DNA of 64,000 nucleotides, from assembly GCA_964602715.1 (NCBI GenBank), contig CAZRSB010000004.1:1109-65108 (forward strand), written 5' to 3'. The notes beneath the pieces were generated by a model. That model ran no database searches and was not told the origin of the DNA. It saw only the letters and a program-made list of their open reading frames with translations. The DNA is from an uncultured Thermoplasmata archaeon. Lineage in GTDB: Archaea > Thermoplasmatota > Thermoplasmata > Halarchaeoplasmatales > Halarchaeoplasmataceae. Numbering within the stretch: position 1 is the first letter of the stretch; the number at the start of each line of letters is the position of its first letter. Both the position numbers and the translations under genes were made by a program. Below are positions 38,429 to 48,464 of this stretch, piece by piece.

Positions 38429-39331
38429 TTGAAGATCGGCATCGTAGGCCCGGGAGCTATAGGATCCTTTCTTGCATGTTTATTGAGTGATGAAAACGAA
38501 GTTGATCTTATAGGTAAAGTGGATCGAGATATCAATGAGATAAAAGTGATAGGAGAATCTTATACAAGCGGTAAAGTAAATTACTCAGATGATCCCTCTC
38601 AATTGATCGAAGATGATATAATCATTATAGCCACAAAATCTTTTGATACAAGAAGCGCTATGTCCTTTATTGAAGACTATATCTCCAATAAATCAATCAT
38701 CCTAACTCTACAAAATGGGCTGAATAATGAAGAAATAATATCAGAATTTGTCGGAGAAAAGAGAACTATCGGCGGGATAACTAGTCATGGAGTTACTTTT
38801 ATAAAACCGGGTACTGTCAAACATGCAGGTGAAGGTGACACAATTATAGGTGCCTATCCAAAAGGAAATAATAAAAAAGTGGAAAAAGTTTCTAAAATTT
38901 TTAACAGATCGGGACTAAAAACTGATATTAGCAATAATATCTTAAGGAATATTTGGGAAAAAGGAATCATTAACTCCGCAATCAACCCGATCACTGCTCT
39001 TTCTGGGATAAAAAATGGAACACTTCTCGACAATGATAATCTTAGGGATCTGATGAATATAACTGTAAACGAAAGTTGTGAGGTCGGAAAAAAATATGTA
39101 GACCTCTCAAATTCTAAAATGATAAAAAAAACTAGTGAAGTAGCTTCTAAAACCTCTGAAAATATTTCTAGTATGTTACAAGATATAAAAAACGAAAAAA
39201 AAACAGAGATTGAACAGATTAATGGAGCTATCATAAAAAAAGGCAAAAACAAGGGTATTGAAACTAAAGTAAACAGGGTTCTATTCAACCTAATAAAATT
39301 TAAGGAAAATGAATACCTTCAAGACTTTTAA
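38429..39331 (+). CDS. panE: Ketopantoate reductase
   Basis: GPGAIG, ATKSFD, LQNGL, WEKGIINSAINP, SSMLQD, TEIEQING; TTG start. Confidence 0.92.
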   Translation: MKIGIVGPGAIGSFLACLLSDENEVDLIGKVDRDINEIKVIGESYTSGKVNYSDDPSQLIEDDIIIIATKSFDTRSAMSFIEDYISNKSIILTLQNGLNNEEIISEFVGEKRTIGGITSHGVTFIKPGTVKHAGEGDTIIGAYPKGNNKKVEKVSKIFNRSGLKTDISNNILRNIWEKGIINSAINPITALSGIKNGTLLDNDNLRDLMNITVNESCEVGKKYVDLSNSKMIKKTSEVASKTSENISSMLQDIKNEKKTEIEQINGAIIKKGKNKGIETKVNRVLFNLIKFKENEYLQDF

Positions 39332-39338
39332 TTCATTT

Positions 39339-39725
39339 TCATTTCTTGATTATCTTTTTCCTACCCATCGCTTCTAGATATCTAATCTCTTGACCTTGTT
39401 CAAGCTCCTCAAAAGTTTCCTCGTCAACATTTATTTGAAATGTATCATAAGTATCCAGGTCCATGACATTTAATTCTCCATTTGATTTGTTCACTACCTG
39501 CCCTTTTCTTCTATCGATGATAGGAACTCTTATTTTTGTAGTAACTGGATTTAACATACTGTATTTTTTGCCATCGAAGATACCTCTTCCTTCTATCCTT
39601 GCTTTTGCTTCACCATGCTTACCAGGTTTTGATGTATCTATACTATCTATCTTACAAGGTTCGTCATCTATTATTATATACTGATTTTCCTGTAGATTTC
39701 TTATCTCATTTTGTTCCCAATCCAT
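39339..39725 (-). CDS. eif5a: Translation initiation factor aIF-5A
   Basis: SKPGKHGEAKAR hypusination motif. Confidence 0.96.
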   Translation of the reverse strand: MDWEQNEIRNLQENQYIIIDDEPCKIDSIDTSKPGKHGEAKARIEGRGIFDGKKYSMLNPVTTKIRVPIIDRRKGQVVNKSNGELNVMDLDTYDTFQINVDEETFEELEQGQEIRYLEAMGRKKIIKK

Positions 39726-39783
39726 GTTTATCAGACTGGAGTTATGTGTTTATCTATTAAAAATATTGTGTTTTATAGGCCTT

Positions 39784-41604
39784 TCAACACTCGACTTTAC
39801 CATTATTTTCTGCTAGTTTTTTCATCCTTTTCATCATTCCTTTCAAAACATTTAGACCTCTATCCCAAAATTTAGGGTCTGTTGTATCAATACCTATTGT
39901 TTCCAAAAGATCTTTTGGATCTTCAGATCCGCCCTTTCTAAGGATTTTCAGATATTCAGGGACAAAGTCCTCTCCTCTCTCTTTATATATGTCATAGAGA
40001 GCCAAAACTAAGAGATTGCCATAAGCATAGGCATAACAGTAAAAGGGATAATGAACAAAATGTAAGATATAACTCCACCACCAACCATATTCCTCTCTTA
40101 ATATAACTGAATCACCAAATTCTTCACGATTAGTTTCCAACCACAAATTATTGATCTGTTCACTATTCAGTTCTCCTTTTTCTCTTCTTGCCTGATGGAG
40201 TTTTTGCTCAAATTTTGTCATTATCACCTGTCTAAAGACTGTAGCGAAGTCTCTCTGTAATTTTTCGCCGATGATCCGTAATTCAGTCTCTTCATCTTCT
40301 ACTTCATCCATCAACTTATCAAACAAAAGCATCTCGCCAAAAACACTAGCCATCTCTGCAGTAGTCAAAGGCGTACTTTGTTGGAGGGCTCCCTGGTCTC
40401 TAGCGAGATATTGATGAACTCCATGACCAAGTTCATGAGCCATTGTTATCATATCAGATGTTCTGTCATTAAAATTTAACATTATGTAGGGATGAACAGA
40501 TGGAACCGTACTTGCACTGAAAGCTCCTCCACGTTTACCTTCTCTTATCTCAGCATCGATCCAATCGTTCTTAAAGAATTTCTTAGCTATCTCTTTCATT
40601 TCTAGGGAAAAATCCTCATATGCCTCTAGGACTTTTGTTTTACTCTCCTCGAAATCAATCTCTGGGATACTACCTGGCAATGGACTATATCTGTCATAAT
40701 CATAGAGCTCGTCTAAATCACATATCTGTCTTTTAAGTTCATAAAATTCTTCCACCAGATGAGTATTTTCCATCACTGCACTCAGAAGGGCATCGACAGT
40801 TTCCATATCTACCCTGTTGTCCAAATTCCTAGGAGTCATAGGATCGGGATAGTCTCTAAATTCACAGATAGTGGAATGATTTTGTACAATATTGTTGAAT
40901 ATGAAGTTAAGTAAGTCATTTTCTTCCTTTAAAGATTTAGTAATAGAATCAGATGCTATCTTTCGCTTTTCGCGATCATCTTCATACAATACAGACAATG
41001 CCTGATCTAAAACCATCTCATATGATTCTCCATCATATTCAAAATCTACAATCAAGTTTCCCATCGTCTGGTCGAAAAGTCTTTTAAAAGCCTCTTTACC
41101 AGTGTTTTGAAGTGATTCGATTATCTGTTCTTCAAATTCAGAAAGCATATATGGAGTATATCTACGCCAGTGATTTAAATAACTCTTATAATGTTCTAAC
41201 TCATCACTATCCATATAAATCTCAGCTTCTTCATCAGACAGAGATTGCCATTCGAGTTGGAAAAAAATCAATTCGTTTTTGATTTTACTTTTTATCTGTT
41301 CAGCCTTTTGGCGTAGTGCTCCTCTCTCAGGATCCTGAGTATCTGCTGCGTGATAAAGATTTGCAAAAGATGTTATCTTATAAATAGATTCATAGATTTC
41401 TTCATATGACTTCATCGCTTCTTTAAACTCTTGAGGGGATAATTCTTCTCTTTCGACCTTATTTTTATATTGTTCTCTAAATGCCTCAGCTTTTTCCATT
41501 GTTAGATTTATATCGTCCTCAAGTTTAGGGTCGTCAGGACCTTCATATAGATCGCTCAAATTCCATTTAACTCCTTCTGAACTGGTAGATTTAACTGATG
41601 TCAT
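39784..41604 (-). CDS. pepF: Oligoendopeptidase F (M3B)
   Basis: WNLSDLY, KRGGAFS, HPYIMLNF, AHELGHGVH, AEMASVFGE, HYPFYCYAYAYG. Confidence 0.92.
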   Translation of the reverse strand: MTSVKSTSSEGVKWNLSDLYEGPDDPKLEDDINLTMEKAEAFREQYKNKVEREELSPQEFKEAMKSYEEIYESIYKITSFANLYHAADTQDPERGALRQKAEQIKSKIKNELIFFQLEWQSLSDEEAEIYMDSDELEHYKSYLNHWRRYTPYMLSEFEEQIIESLQNTGKEAFKRLFDQTMGNLIVDFEYDGESYEMVLDQALSVLYEDDREKRKIASDSITKSLKEENDLLNFIFNNIVQNHSTICEFRDYPDPMTPRNLDNRVDMETVDALLSAVMENTHLVEEFYELKRQICDLDELYDYDRYSPLPGSIPEIDFEESKTKVLEAYEDFSLEMKEIAKKFFKNDWIDAEIREGKRGGAFSASTVPSVHPYIMLNFNDRTSDMITMAHELGHGVHQYLARDQGALQQSTPLTTAEMASVFGEMLLFDKLMDEVEDEETELRIIGEKLQRDFATVFRQVIMTKFEQKLHQARREKGELNSEQINNLWLETNREEFGDSVILREEYGWWWSYILHFVHYPFYCYAYAYGNLLVLALYDIYKERGEDFVPEYLKILRKGGSEDPKDLLETIGIDTTDPKFWDRGLNVLKGMMKRMKKLAENNGKVEC

Positions 41605-41732
41605 TGTTACACACAGACCTCTAAAGATTAGAAGAAAATAAAACTTTTGTGTAAAATCAGGAGCTTAACCATTATCGATCGAGATAATTGAATATGAATA
41701 TTTATAGTGATTTGTAGCTCTTATTTTTCTAG

Positions 41733-42077
41733 ATGATTTCAGGCGGTATCCATGATAAAATAAATTTGATGCAACACAATGCATCAAGACAGATACTAAA
41801 ATTCTGCTCTGAGTCAGCTAAATCTATTAAAGAACTCAGTATTGAACTAGGTATACCTATCGCTAAATGCTACAGATTAGTTTTAGAAATGGAAGACGTT
41901 GGATTACTATATAAATGTGATAAAATAAGAAGTAGAGGTAAAGAATTTTGCCTTTATAAATCTAATAAAGATCTAGAATTCTTCACGATAGATGATACCG
42001 AAATTAAAATCGATTTGACGCCAGGGAATAATTTTGATCAAGAATTTCATAAAAGATGCAGTTCAGTTGATGTTTGA
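41733..42077 (+). CDS. Winged helix-turn-helix (ArsR-like) regulator
   Basis: QILKFCSESAKSIKELSIELGIPIAKCYRLVLEMEDVGLL. Confidence 0.75.
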   Translation: MISGGIHDKINLMQHNASRQILKFCSESAKSIKELSIELGIPIAKCYRLVLEMEDVGLLYKCDKIRSRGKEFCLYKSNKDLEFFTIDDTEIKIDLTPGNNFDQEFHKRCSSVDV

Positions 42078-42119
42078 TCACTATTGACCCAACCTTCAAC
42101 TAATATTGAGGAATGAGAT

Positions 42120-45086
42120 ATGATAAAAAAACGCCTCTTCCTTATGTGGATAATCTTTATCCTGCTTTTCGCTTCATTTGGTGTTCTGACTTTTCCAACT
42201 AATAGTGAAACCACAGAAGAGATAAGTATCTATAACAAGAATCTAGAAGAGGACTACGATCAGGTCAATCCTTTTGAAAAACCACATTCTTGGACTGAAG
42301 ATCATGGAGTCACTTTTAAAGAATCGATATCTAGGAACACCTCTGTAGATATGGATGAAAGAGGACGTTTCGATGTAGTGTGGGAAGATAATAGAACAGA
42401 TGATTTTAACATATTTTATGTGAAATTGTGTGAAACAGATGGTGAAAAGTTGATCAATGACTTTAGGATAACCGACAATGAAAACCCCTCTTTGGACCCT
42501 AAAGTTTTTTCCCTGCAAGAAGAATATGTTGTGATAATTTGGCAAGAATATGATGGAGAGGATTGGTCCTTTTATTTTTCGAAGATTGAATACTCAGATA
42601 GAGAGGTTAGAAATATTATAGAAAGAAGGAAGATAACATCCTTAGGAAACAATGGTCCTGTAAACTATACTTTTGAGCAAGATGAATCAGACGAGTCTGT
42701 ATTCCATCTGGTATATGAAAATAAAGAGATAGGGGACTTATACTATAAGCAAATAAATGATGTAGGTCAAATACTCGTTGAAGAAAGATTGACTGCAACT
42801 GAGAAGAATTCCTATTCTCCAAAAATAGAGATCACTAAAGATAACGAGATGCACCTTTTTTGGCTCGAACCGATAGAAAAGGTCAACGGTGTTCTTTATG
42901 ATGGCATATTTTATGGGAAAATTGAAGATCTAGACTTTCCTGAGGAGATCCCCTTTGACCAGAACGATAGTAGAAGAATAACTGTTGTAAAAATGCTAGA
43001 AAGGTACGAAATCACTTTAGATGAGGAAGACAACATCCACATGATATTTGACGACGATAGATATGATCAATATAAAAAGGATATAATCTATAGAAAAATG
43101 TATTCAGATGGTACTACCTCCATTGATGATAGATTGATCACCCCTAGAGAAGACATGAATAACTCATTCCGACCATCAATAGCGACTGCAGTCGATGGTA
43201 ATATTTCATTAGTTTGGGCAGATAGCCGTGACTATGAAGCTATAGGAGAGGAAACAAAAAATCTTACGGAGAAGCCACATGACATATACTTCCAAAAACT
43301 CGATACAGAGGGTAATGAACTGAGGCCAGCTCAGAGAGTCACTGGAGTAAAATCGGTCGCATTAGATCCGATCATTATTAATGACGAGAAAAATAATCAC
43401 CATATCTTTTGGGAAGATACAAGGAGAGAATACATGGATATCTTTTACCAAAGGACCCACAAACCATCACTTTCTATAGAAGAGATGAGAGTAAATCCTG
43501 AAAAGCCAGTGTATAATTCCACTGTAGATGTTGAAATTGACTTAAAAAATGAGGGAGGAAGTTCTATTGATACCATAGGAACACTTTATTTACAAAGAGG
43601 TCACCAAGATAGATGTAAGCTACACAACGAAGAAATTCTTTTGGAGAGAAACTTTTCGATAAAAGAGGGAAGCAGGAAAACACTAGAGTTGAATTTCACG
43701 GCATTGAGCGCTGGTCATCAAAATTTAATCTTTAAAGCTAATGAAGATAGAGATGTACTTGAAGAAAATTATGATAGAAATTGCGCATTTGAAAATATTA
43801 CTGTTTTGCCAGATTTAGAAGTTGAGCTGCATGAGTTTGAACGAGTTGTAGATGCAGGTCAAAAGACCAATTTTACCTATGAATTGAACAATCTTGTTGA
43901 TATAGAACAAAACATTACGGTGGATTTAGAAGCTCCTAGTGGAGTTGAAATAAAAGATCATTCTCTAGAAACAAGGGAAATGCATATTTTTAGTTTTGAA
44001 AATGGAGATTATCAGGAACACCTTGAGGAAAAAAATGAAACTAAATTAAAAGAGATATTTGTAAAAGAAAATTATCCCTTGGATGATTTTGAAATAGTTG
44101 CGGAGGAAGATAAGGAAGATAAATGGTCTATAATTTCAGAAGGTGTAGAGAAATACAGCATTATAAAAGAGAACGAAAAACTGAACGTCTACAAGGAAAT
44201 AGTTAGATTAGGGCCTGAAGAATCACAAAATCATCGATTTGAGGTGGTACCAGATGAAAAATTACGAGCTGAGGAATACAAAATTAACATGAATGTGGAA
44301 TCAATAGATATAAAAAGATTGGCATCGGACGAACAGGATCTCGAATCTCATTTTGAAAGAGAATTTATCCTTCAGATAAATCCATTTTACGATCTTTCTT
44401 TTGAGATAAGAGAAGATAATTATGACAGAAGAGAAGATGGTGTCTATATTATAGAAGACCTAGAAGATTTAAACTATATGGTACAGATGAAGATCGAAAA
44501 CAGAGGAAATGTTGAACATAACATCAGCATAGAAGATAACAGAAATGAAACAGAAGTACATTGGGGACTTTTTACCGGAACGACCAGTATAGAACCTTTT
44601 GAAACTGGATTTTCTTTTCTATTTAGGACTTTCGACGAGGATTTTATAGAGGCTGTAGAAACCACTACAGTAGATGAGGACTTTACAGAAATATTCGAAG
44701 AAGAGTTGAGATCGATAAGTAATATACCGGATGACTATGAAATTGGAGATGATGTTGAATTTTACGAAAGGGATGGTGAAATATTCTTAAAAGAAAATGG
44801 TAAAGAATATTTATTGAAAGTGAGAGAACAAGAAATCGAAGTGTATACACATCCCACCTTGGACCTAACTAATCTAGAAGGTATAGAAGAAGACTTCGAG
44901 TTAAATGTCACGGCCGAATCATGGGATGAAATAGACCTAGAAGAAACTTTAACCGTTAGAGTTAAAGGGGAAGAACCGGTCAGTTTTTGGAGAAGAATAC
45001 CCTGGATGTGGATCATCCTGATACCTGTGATTGTCTTTATTGGCCTTATAGTGGTCGGTAGAATCTATTACACTTTTATTGCTTGA
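42120..45086 (+). CDS. Large surface protein: signal peptide, beta-propeller-like repeats, CARDB/Ig-like domains with two inserted modules, C-terminal TM anchor
   Basis: Repeats VVWED-x-R...IFY-x-K; CARDB pattern PSLSIEEMRVNP...LKNEGG...EENYDRN; C-terminal WIILIPVIVFIGLIVVG. Confidence 0.8.
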   Translation: MIKKRLFLMWIIFILLFASFGVLTFPTNSETTEEISIYNKNLEEDYDQVNPFEKPHSWTEDHGVTFKESISRNTSVDMDERGRFDVVWEDNRTDDFNIFYVKLCETDGEKLINDFRITDNENPSLDPKVFSLQEEYVVIIWQEYDGEDWSFYFSKIEYSDREVRNIIERRKITSLGNNGPVNYTFEQDESDESVFHLVYENKEIGDLYYKQINDVGQILVEERLTATEKNSYSPKIEITKDNEMHLFWLEPIEKVNGVLYDGIFYGKIEDLDFPEEIPFDQNDSRRITVVKMLERYEITLDEEDNIHMIFDDDRYDQYKKDIIYRKMYSDGTTSIDDRLITPREDMNNSFRPSIATAVDGNISLVWADSRDYEAIGEETKNLTEKPHDIYFQKLDTEGNELRPAQRVTGVKSVALDPIIINDEKNNHHIFWEDTRREYMDIFYQRTHKPSLSIEEMRVNPEKPVYNSTVDVEIDLKNEGGSSIDTIGTLYLQRGHQDRCKLHNEEILLERNFSIKEGSRKTLELNFTALSAGHQNLIFKANEDRDVLEENYDRNCAFENITVLPDLEVELHEFERVVDAGQKTNFTYELNNLVDIEQNITVDLEAPSGVEIKDHSLETREMHIFSFENGDYQEHLEEKNETKLKEIFVKENYPLDDFEIVAEEDKEDKWSIISEGVEKYSIIKENEKLNVYKEIVRLGPEESQNHRFEVVPDEKLRAEEYKINMNVESIDIKRLASDEQDLESHFEREFILQINPFYDLSFEIREDNYDRREDGVYIIEDLEDLNYMVQMKIENRGNVEHNISIEDNRNETEVHWGLFTGTTSIEPFETGFSFLFRTFDEDFIEAVETTTVDEDFTEIFEEELRSISNIPDDYEIGDDVEFYERDGEIFLKENGKEYLLKVREQEIEVYTHPTLDLTNLEGIEEDFELNVTAESWDEIDLEETLTVRVKGEEPVSFWRRIPWMWIILIPVIVFIGLIVVGRIYYTFIA

Positions 45087-45192
45087 TTTTTACTTTTGAT
45101 TTTCATTTCAATTTATTTTGATCAGTTATCAATTTTGAAAACAAACAAAAAAATTACAAATTATAGTAAGTGTGGGAAAGGAGTTTGAAAGA

Positions 45193-45774
45193 TTATGATA
45201 GAGGTAAGATATCTCTATTGTAAACCGTTGGTGTGTAGAATGATTCTAAGATCGTTGTTCCGTGTTTTGGAGTGAAGTGTAGTTCTAGTTCAGATTGTGG
45301 ACCGAGTTCAAACTCTTCTACATTGATGGTCAACTGAATTGTACTTCCAGGTTCTATTATTGGATTAGTGTCTGGATCGAACTCATCATGAGGATCCAAT
45401 AGCGCTTCAGCAGTGTAATCTCCGTATTCTAAAGTTTCTTCTTCCTCTCTTGAAACCACCTGTATCAGCGTAAAATCTAGGTTTTGTGGGGGACTACCGG
45501 GACCTATCCCTAGATTAACCTTTAGTTCGTCTATATCAGTTCTGTCTTCATCTGCTTCCCCATAGATTGACCGAACATTCAAATATGTGGCTACTTCCTC
45601 CACAGATTGTTCTGCTGTAGCCTCGGCTTGTTGTTTCAGTAAAGTAACTGTTCTTAGAAAAACACCAGCTGATACTGCAGCCACTAAGATTATGGCTATA
45701 AATATTATGAGGGTTCCCACACCCATCATTGCTTCTTGGTTTTCTTCTGTAGGTCTTCTATTAAGTCGTTTCAT
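45193..45774 (-). CDS. flaB: Archaellin (archaeal flagellin)
   Basis: Class III signal peptide QEA|MMGVGTLIIFIAIILVAAVSAGV, LKQQAEATA, PGSPPQNLD, LHFTPKHG. Confidence 0.9.
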   Translation of the reverse strand: MKRLNRRPTEENQEAMMGVGTLIIFIAIILVAAVSAGVFLRTVTLLKQQAEATAEQSVEEVATYLNVRSIYGEADEDRTDIDELKVNLGIGPGSPPQNLDFTLIQVVSREEEETLEYGDYTAEALLDPHDEFDPDTNPIIEPGSTIQLTINVEEFELGPQSELELHFTPKHGTTILESFYTPTVYNRDILPLS

Positions 45775-45786
45775 ATTTTCTCCGCC

Positions 45787-45839
45787 TCGGGTAACACCCG
45801 AACAGGGTAATTATGAACGGGCGCAATCAACTCCCGTTC
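45787..45839 (-). promoter_or_regulatory. Two-hairpin 5' leader of the archaellin gene
   Basis: Perfect stems GAACGGG/CCCGTTC (45815-21 with 45833-39) and TCGGGT/ACCCGA (45787-92 with 45796-801). TATA-like TTTATAT on the minus strand at 45862-68. Confidence 0.55.
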
Positions 45840-46007
45840 TCGTTATGACATATCATTATCGATATAAATAGTAGTTACGAAAATAGTATCAGCCCTGATA
45901 AAACTCTGGCATTATCATTTTTGAAAATCAAATCTATTATTATTAAAAATTGATATTTTTATCATTGCAAGGAAAATCTTTTAATTCTTTAATATTATTT
46001 CACCACC

Positions 46008-46493
46008 ATGGACGTATTCCAAGCCATGAATAAAAGACAAAGTATCAGATCCTTTAAGGGTGAACCAATAGAACAAGAAGACATTGAAAAAATCGTAGAG
46101 GCTGCAAGAATAGCGCCTTCAGCTCGAAATATACAACCATGGAAATTGATTGTTGTTCAAGACCCTAATCTGCTAGAAGATCTCGTAGAGGTTTGTAAAG
46201 GGCAGGAATTCGTGAAAGATTGTGGAGCTTTCGTTATAGGGTTGATAGAAGATTCAAAATGGGCGGAAGTCGATCTGAGTATAGCTATGGATCATCTCTG
46301 TTTGGAAGCTGTTGAACTTGGATATGGGACCTGCTGGATCGGAGCATTTGACAAGAAAAAATTAAGAGATCTTATAGATATACCTGAAAAATACGAATCT
46401 TTGGTATGTATGACTATTGGACTACCAGATGAAGAGCCAAGATCTCCTACAAAGAAATCTACAGATGAACTCGTGGAATGGATACGGGTCTGA
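46008..46493 (+). CDS. Nitroreductase family protein
   Basis: RQSIRSF, APSARNIQPWKLIVV, LGYGTCWIGAF. Confidence 0.93.
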   Translation: MDVFQAMNKRQSIRSFKGEPIEQEDIEKIVEAARIAPSARNIQPWKLIVVQDPNLLEDLVEVCKGQEFVKDCGAFVIGLIEDSKWAEVDLSIAMDHLCLEAVELGYGTCWIGAFDKKKLRDLIDIPEKYESLVCMTIGLPDEEPRSPTKKSTDELVEWIRV

Positions 46494-46542
46494 TAGCTAA
46501 AATAAATCAAAATAAAATAAAGGGTTTTTTATTGTAAACTAT

Positions 46543-48228
46543 CTAGTATGGTAGTTCGTCGTGATCTTTTAGATATTCTTCTTCAGCCCTCTCTCGAAGT
46601 TCTGTCCTTCTGATCTTCCCACTGATAGTTTTCGGAAGTTCTTCGACGAACTCAATTACCCTTGGATATTTGTACGGTGCGGTAACTTTCTTTACATGAT
46701 CTTGTAATTTTTTCTTCAATTCTTCGCTGGGCTCGTACTCATCGTTCAAGATGATGTAAGCTTTAACGATTTTAGTTCTTACTTCGTGTGGCGCTCCGAT
46801 CACCGCTGGTTCTTGAACAGCCGGATGTTCCTGCAAGGCACTTTCAACTTCAAATGGTCCAATCCGATAACCTGATGCCTTTATGACATCATCATCTCTT
46901 CCTACAAACCAGAAATATCCGTCTTCGTCTTTGTATGCTCTATCACCTGTAAAGTACCAACCATTGTCAAAAACACTTTCAGTTTTTTCTTCATCTTTCC
47001 AGTATTCTTTGAAAAGTCCAGGTGGTCTTTCGGGATCAACTTTTAGACCAATATGGCCTTCTTCACCGGGTGGCAATATATCACAGTTGTCATCGATTAT
47101 TTCCACTTCATGACCTGGAGTAGGTTTGCCCATAGAACCTGGTTTGACCTCCATTGTTGGATAATTTGCTACCAAGGCAACACTTTCAGTTTGACCATAA
47201 TAATCATAGATCCTTAATCCTGTATAATCCTCCCATTTATCTATGACGTCTGGGTTCAAAGGTTCACCAGCACTCAGACAATGTCTTAAAGAACTCAGAT
47301 CATAGCTTTCTACATCCTCATTGATCATCATCTTGTAGATGGTAGGAGGAACGCAAAATGTGGTTACTTCATAATCTTGAAGGACTTTTAATGCCTTTTT
47401 TGGATCGAATTTTCCAGTTATGTTTTGTTGTACAACTGTAGCACCAACTATCCACTGGCCGAAGAGTTTACCCCATACAGCCTTTGCCCAACCGTTATCA
47501 GCTATCGTCCAATTTATATCGTCCTCTCTCAAGTCCTGTACAAATTTGGCCGTAACTTCATGACCAAGTGGGTAAGAATGGGTATGCAAGACCATCTTTG
47601 GTTGTCCGGTTGTTCCTGAGGTGAAATATATGAGCATTGGGTCATCACTTTTAGTTTTTTCAATGTCTTCTTTCGAAAGTTGATCGGAACTATTCTCTAA
47701 AATATCATCAAAGTCCTTCCATCCTTCTTTTTTCTCCTCGGCATCCACTAAAATAAAATTTTTAAGAGAAGACATCTTTTCATGATCTCTGACTTCATCT
47801 ACTTTTTCGTGATTTGACCAGTCAGTTACGATTGTACTCGCTTTAGACCTTCCAATTCGATACTTTATATCTTCAGAAACTGCTAGATTTGGGGTTGGAA
47901 TCGGGATAACACCAAGCTTTATCATACCCAAAACGGCCACATACCATTCGGGTACCCTATGAATGAGGACCATTGCTCTATCTCCTTTTTCCATCCCCAT
48001 CTCTCTTAGAGCATTAGCAAATTTATTTGAGAGTTCCTTCAAGTCACTAAATGTGTGTTTTTGGGCGTTTTGTCCTGAATCATCAATAGATATCAAAGCA
48101 GTTTTATCTGGATTCTCTTCGGCTCTTTTGTCAACCTCGTCGAAGACAAAGTTATAATTCTCTGGAACATCCCACTCGAATTCTTCTCTAACTTCTTCAT
48201 AATCGTACATGTTATGTTCTTCCGTCAT
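46543..48228 (-). CDS. Acyl-CoA synthetase (short/medium-chain, ACSM-like)
   Basis: YFTSGTTGQPK, AGEPLN, YGQTE, GDRAYKDEDGYFWFVGRDDD, PKTISGKIRR. Confidence 0.93.
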   Translation of the reverse strand: MTEEHNMYDYEEVREEFEWDVPENYNFVFDEVDKRAEENPDKTALISIDDSGQNAQKHTFSDLKELSNKFANALREMGMEKGDRAMVLIHRVPEWYVAVLGMIKLGVIPIPTPNLAVSEDIKYRIGRSKASTIVTDWSNHEKVDEVRDHEKMSSLKNFILVDAEEKKEGWKDFDDILENSSDQLSKEDIEKTKSDDPMLIYFTSGTTGQPKMVLHTHSYPLGHEVTAKFVQDLREDDINWTIADNGWAKAVWGKLFGQWIVGATVVQQNITGKFDPKKALKVLQDYEVTTFCVPPTIYKMMINEDVESYDLSSLRHCLSAGEPLNPDVIDKWEDYTGLRIYDYYGQTESVALVANYPTMEVKPGSMGKPTPGHEVEIIDDNCDILPPGEEGHIGLKVDPERPPGLFKEYWKDEEKTESVFDNGWYFTGDRAYKDEDGYFWFVGRDDDVIKASGYRIGPFEVESALQEHPAVQEPAVIGAPHEVRTKIVKAYIILNDEYEPSEELKKKLQDHVKKVTAPYKYPRVIEFVEELPKTISGKIRRTELRERAEEEYLKDHDELPY

Positions 48229-48464
48229 ATCAATCAGGCGATTAACTAAACTTAAAATAGATAAATCTTTCCCATCTCACTGTTCGTTAAAGTAAATTTG
48301 ATGAATGGTGACCTTTAAAATGTATATATAGAAATTTAGATGTGAATTTCTTAAGTGATAAAACCTCTTTTTTAGACTATCGTCTAAAATAAAACTCGAC
48401 AATTTTATATATGGCTTTGCCATACGCTCATCCAAGAAATGAAAAATCGAAAAGGTGAGATAAG

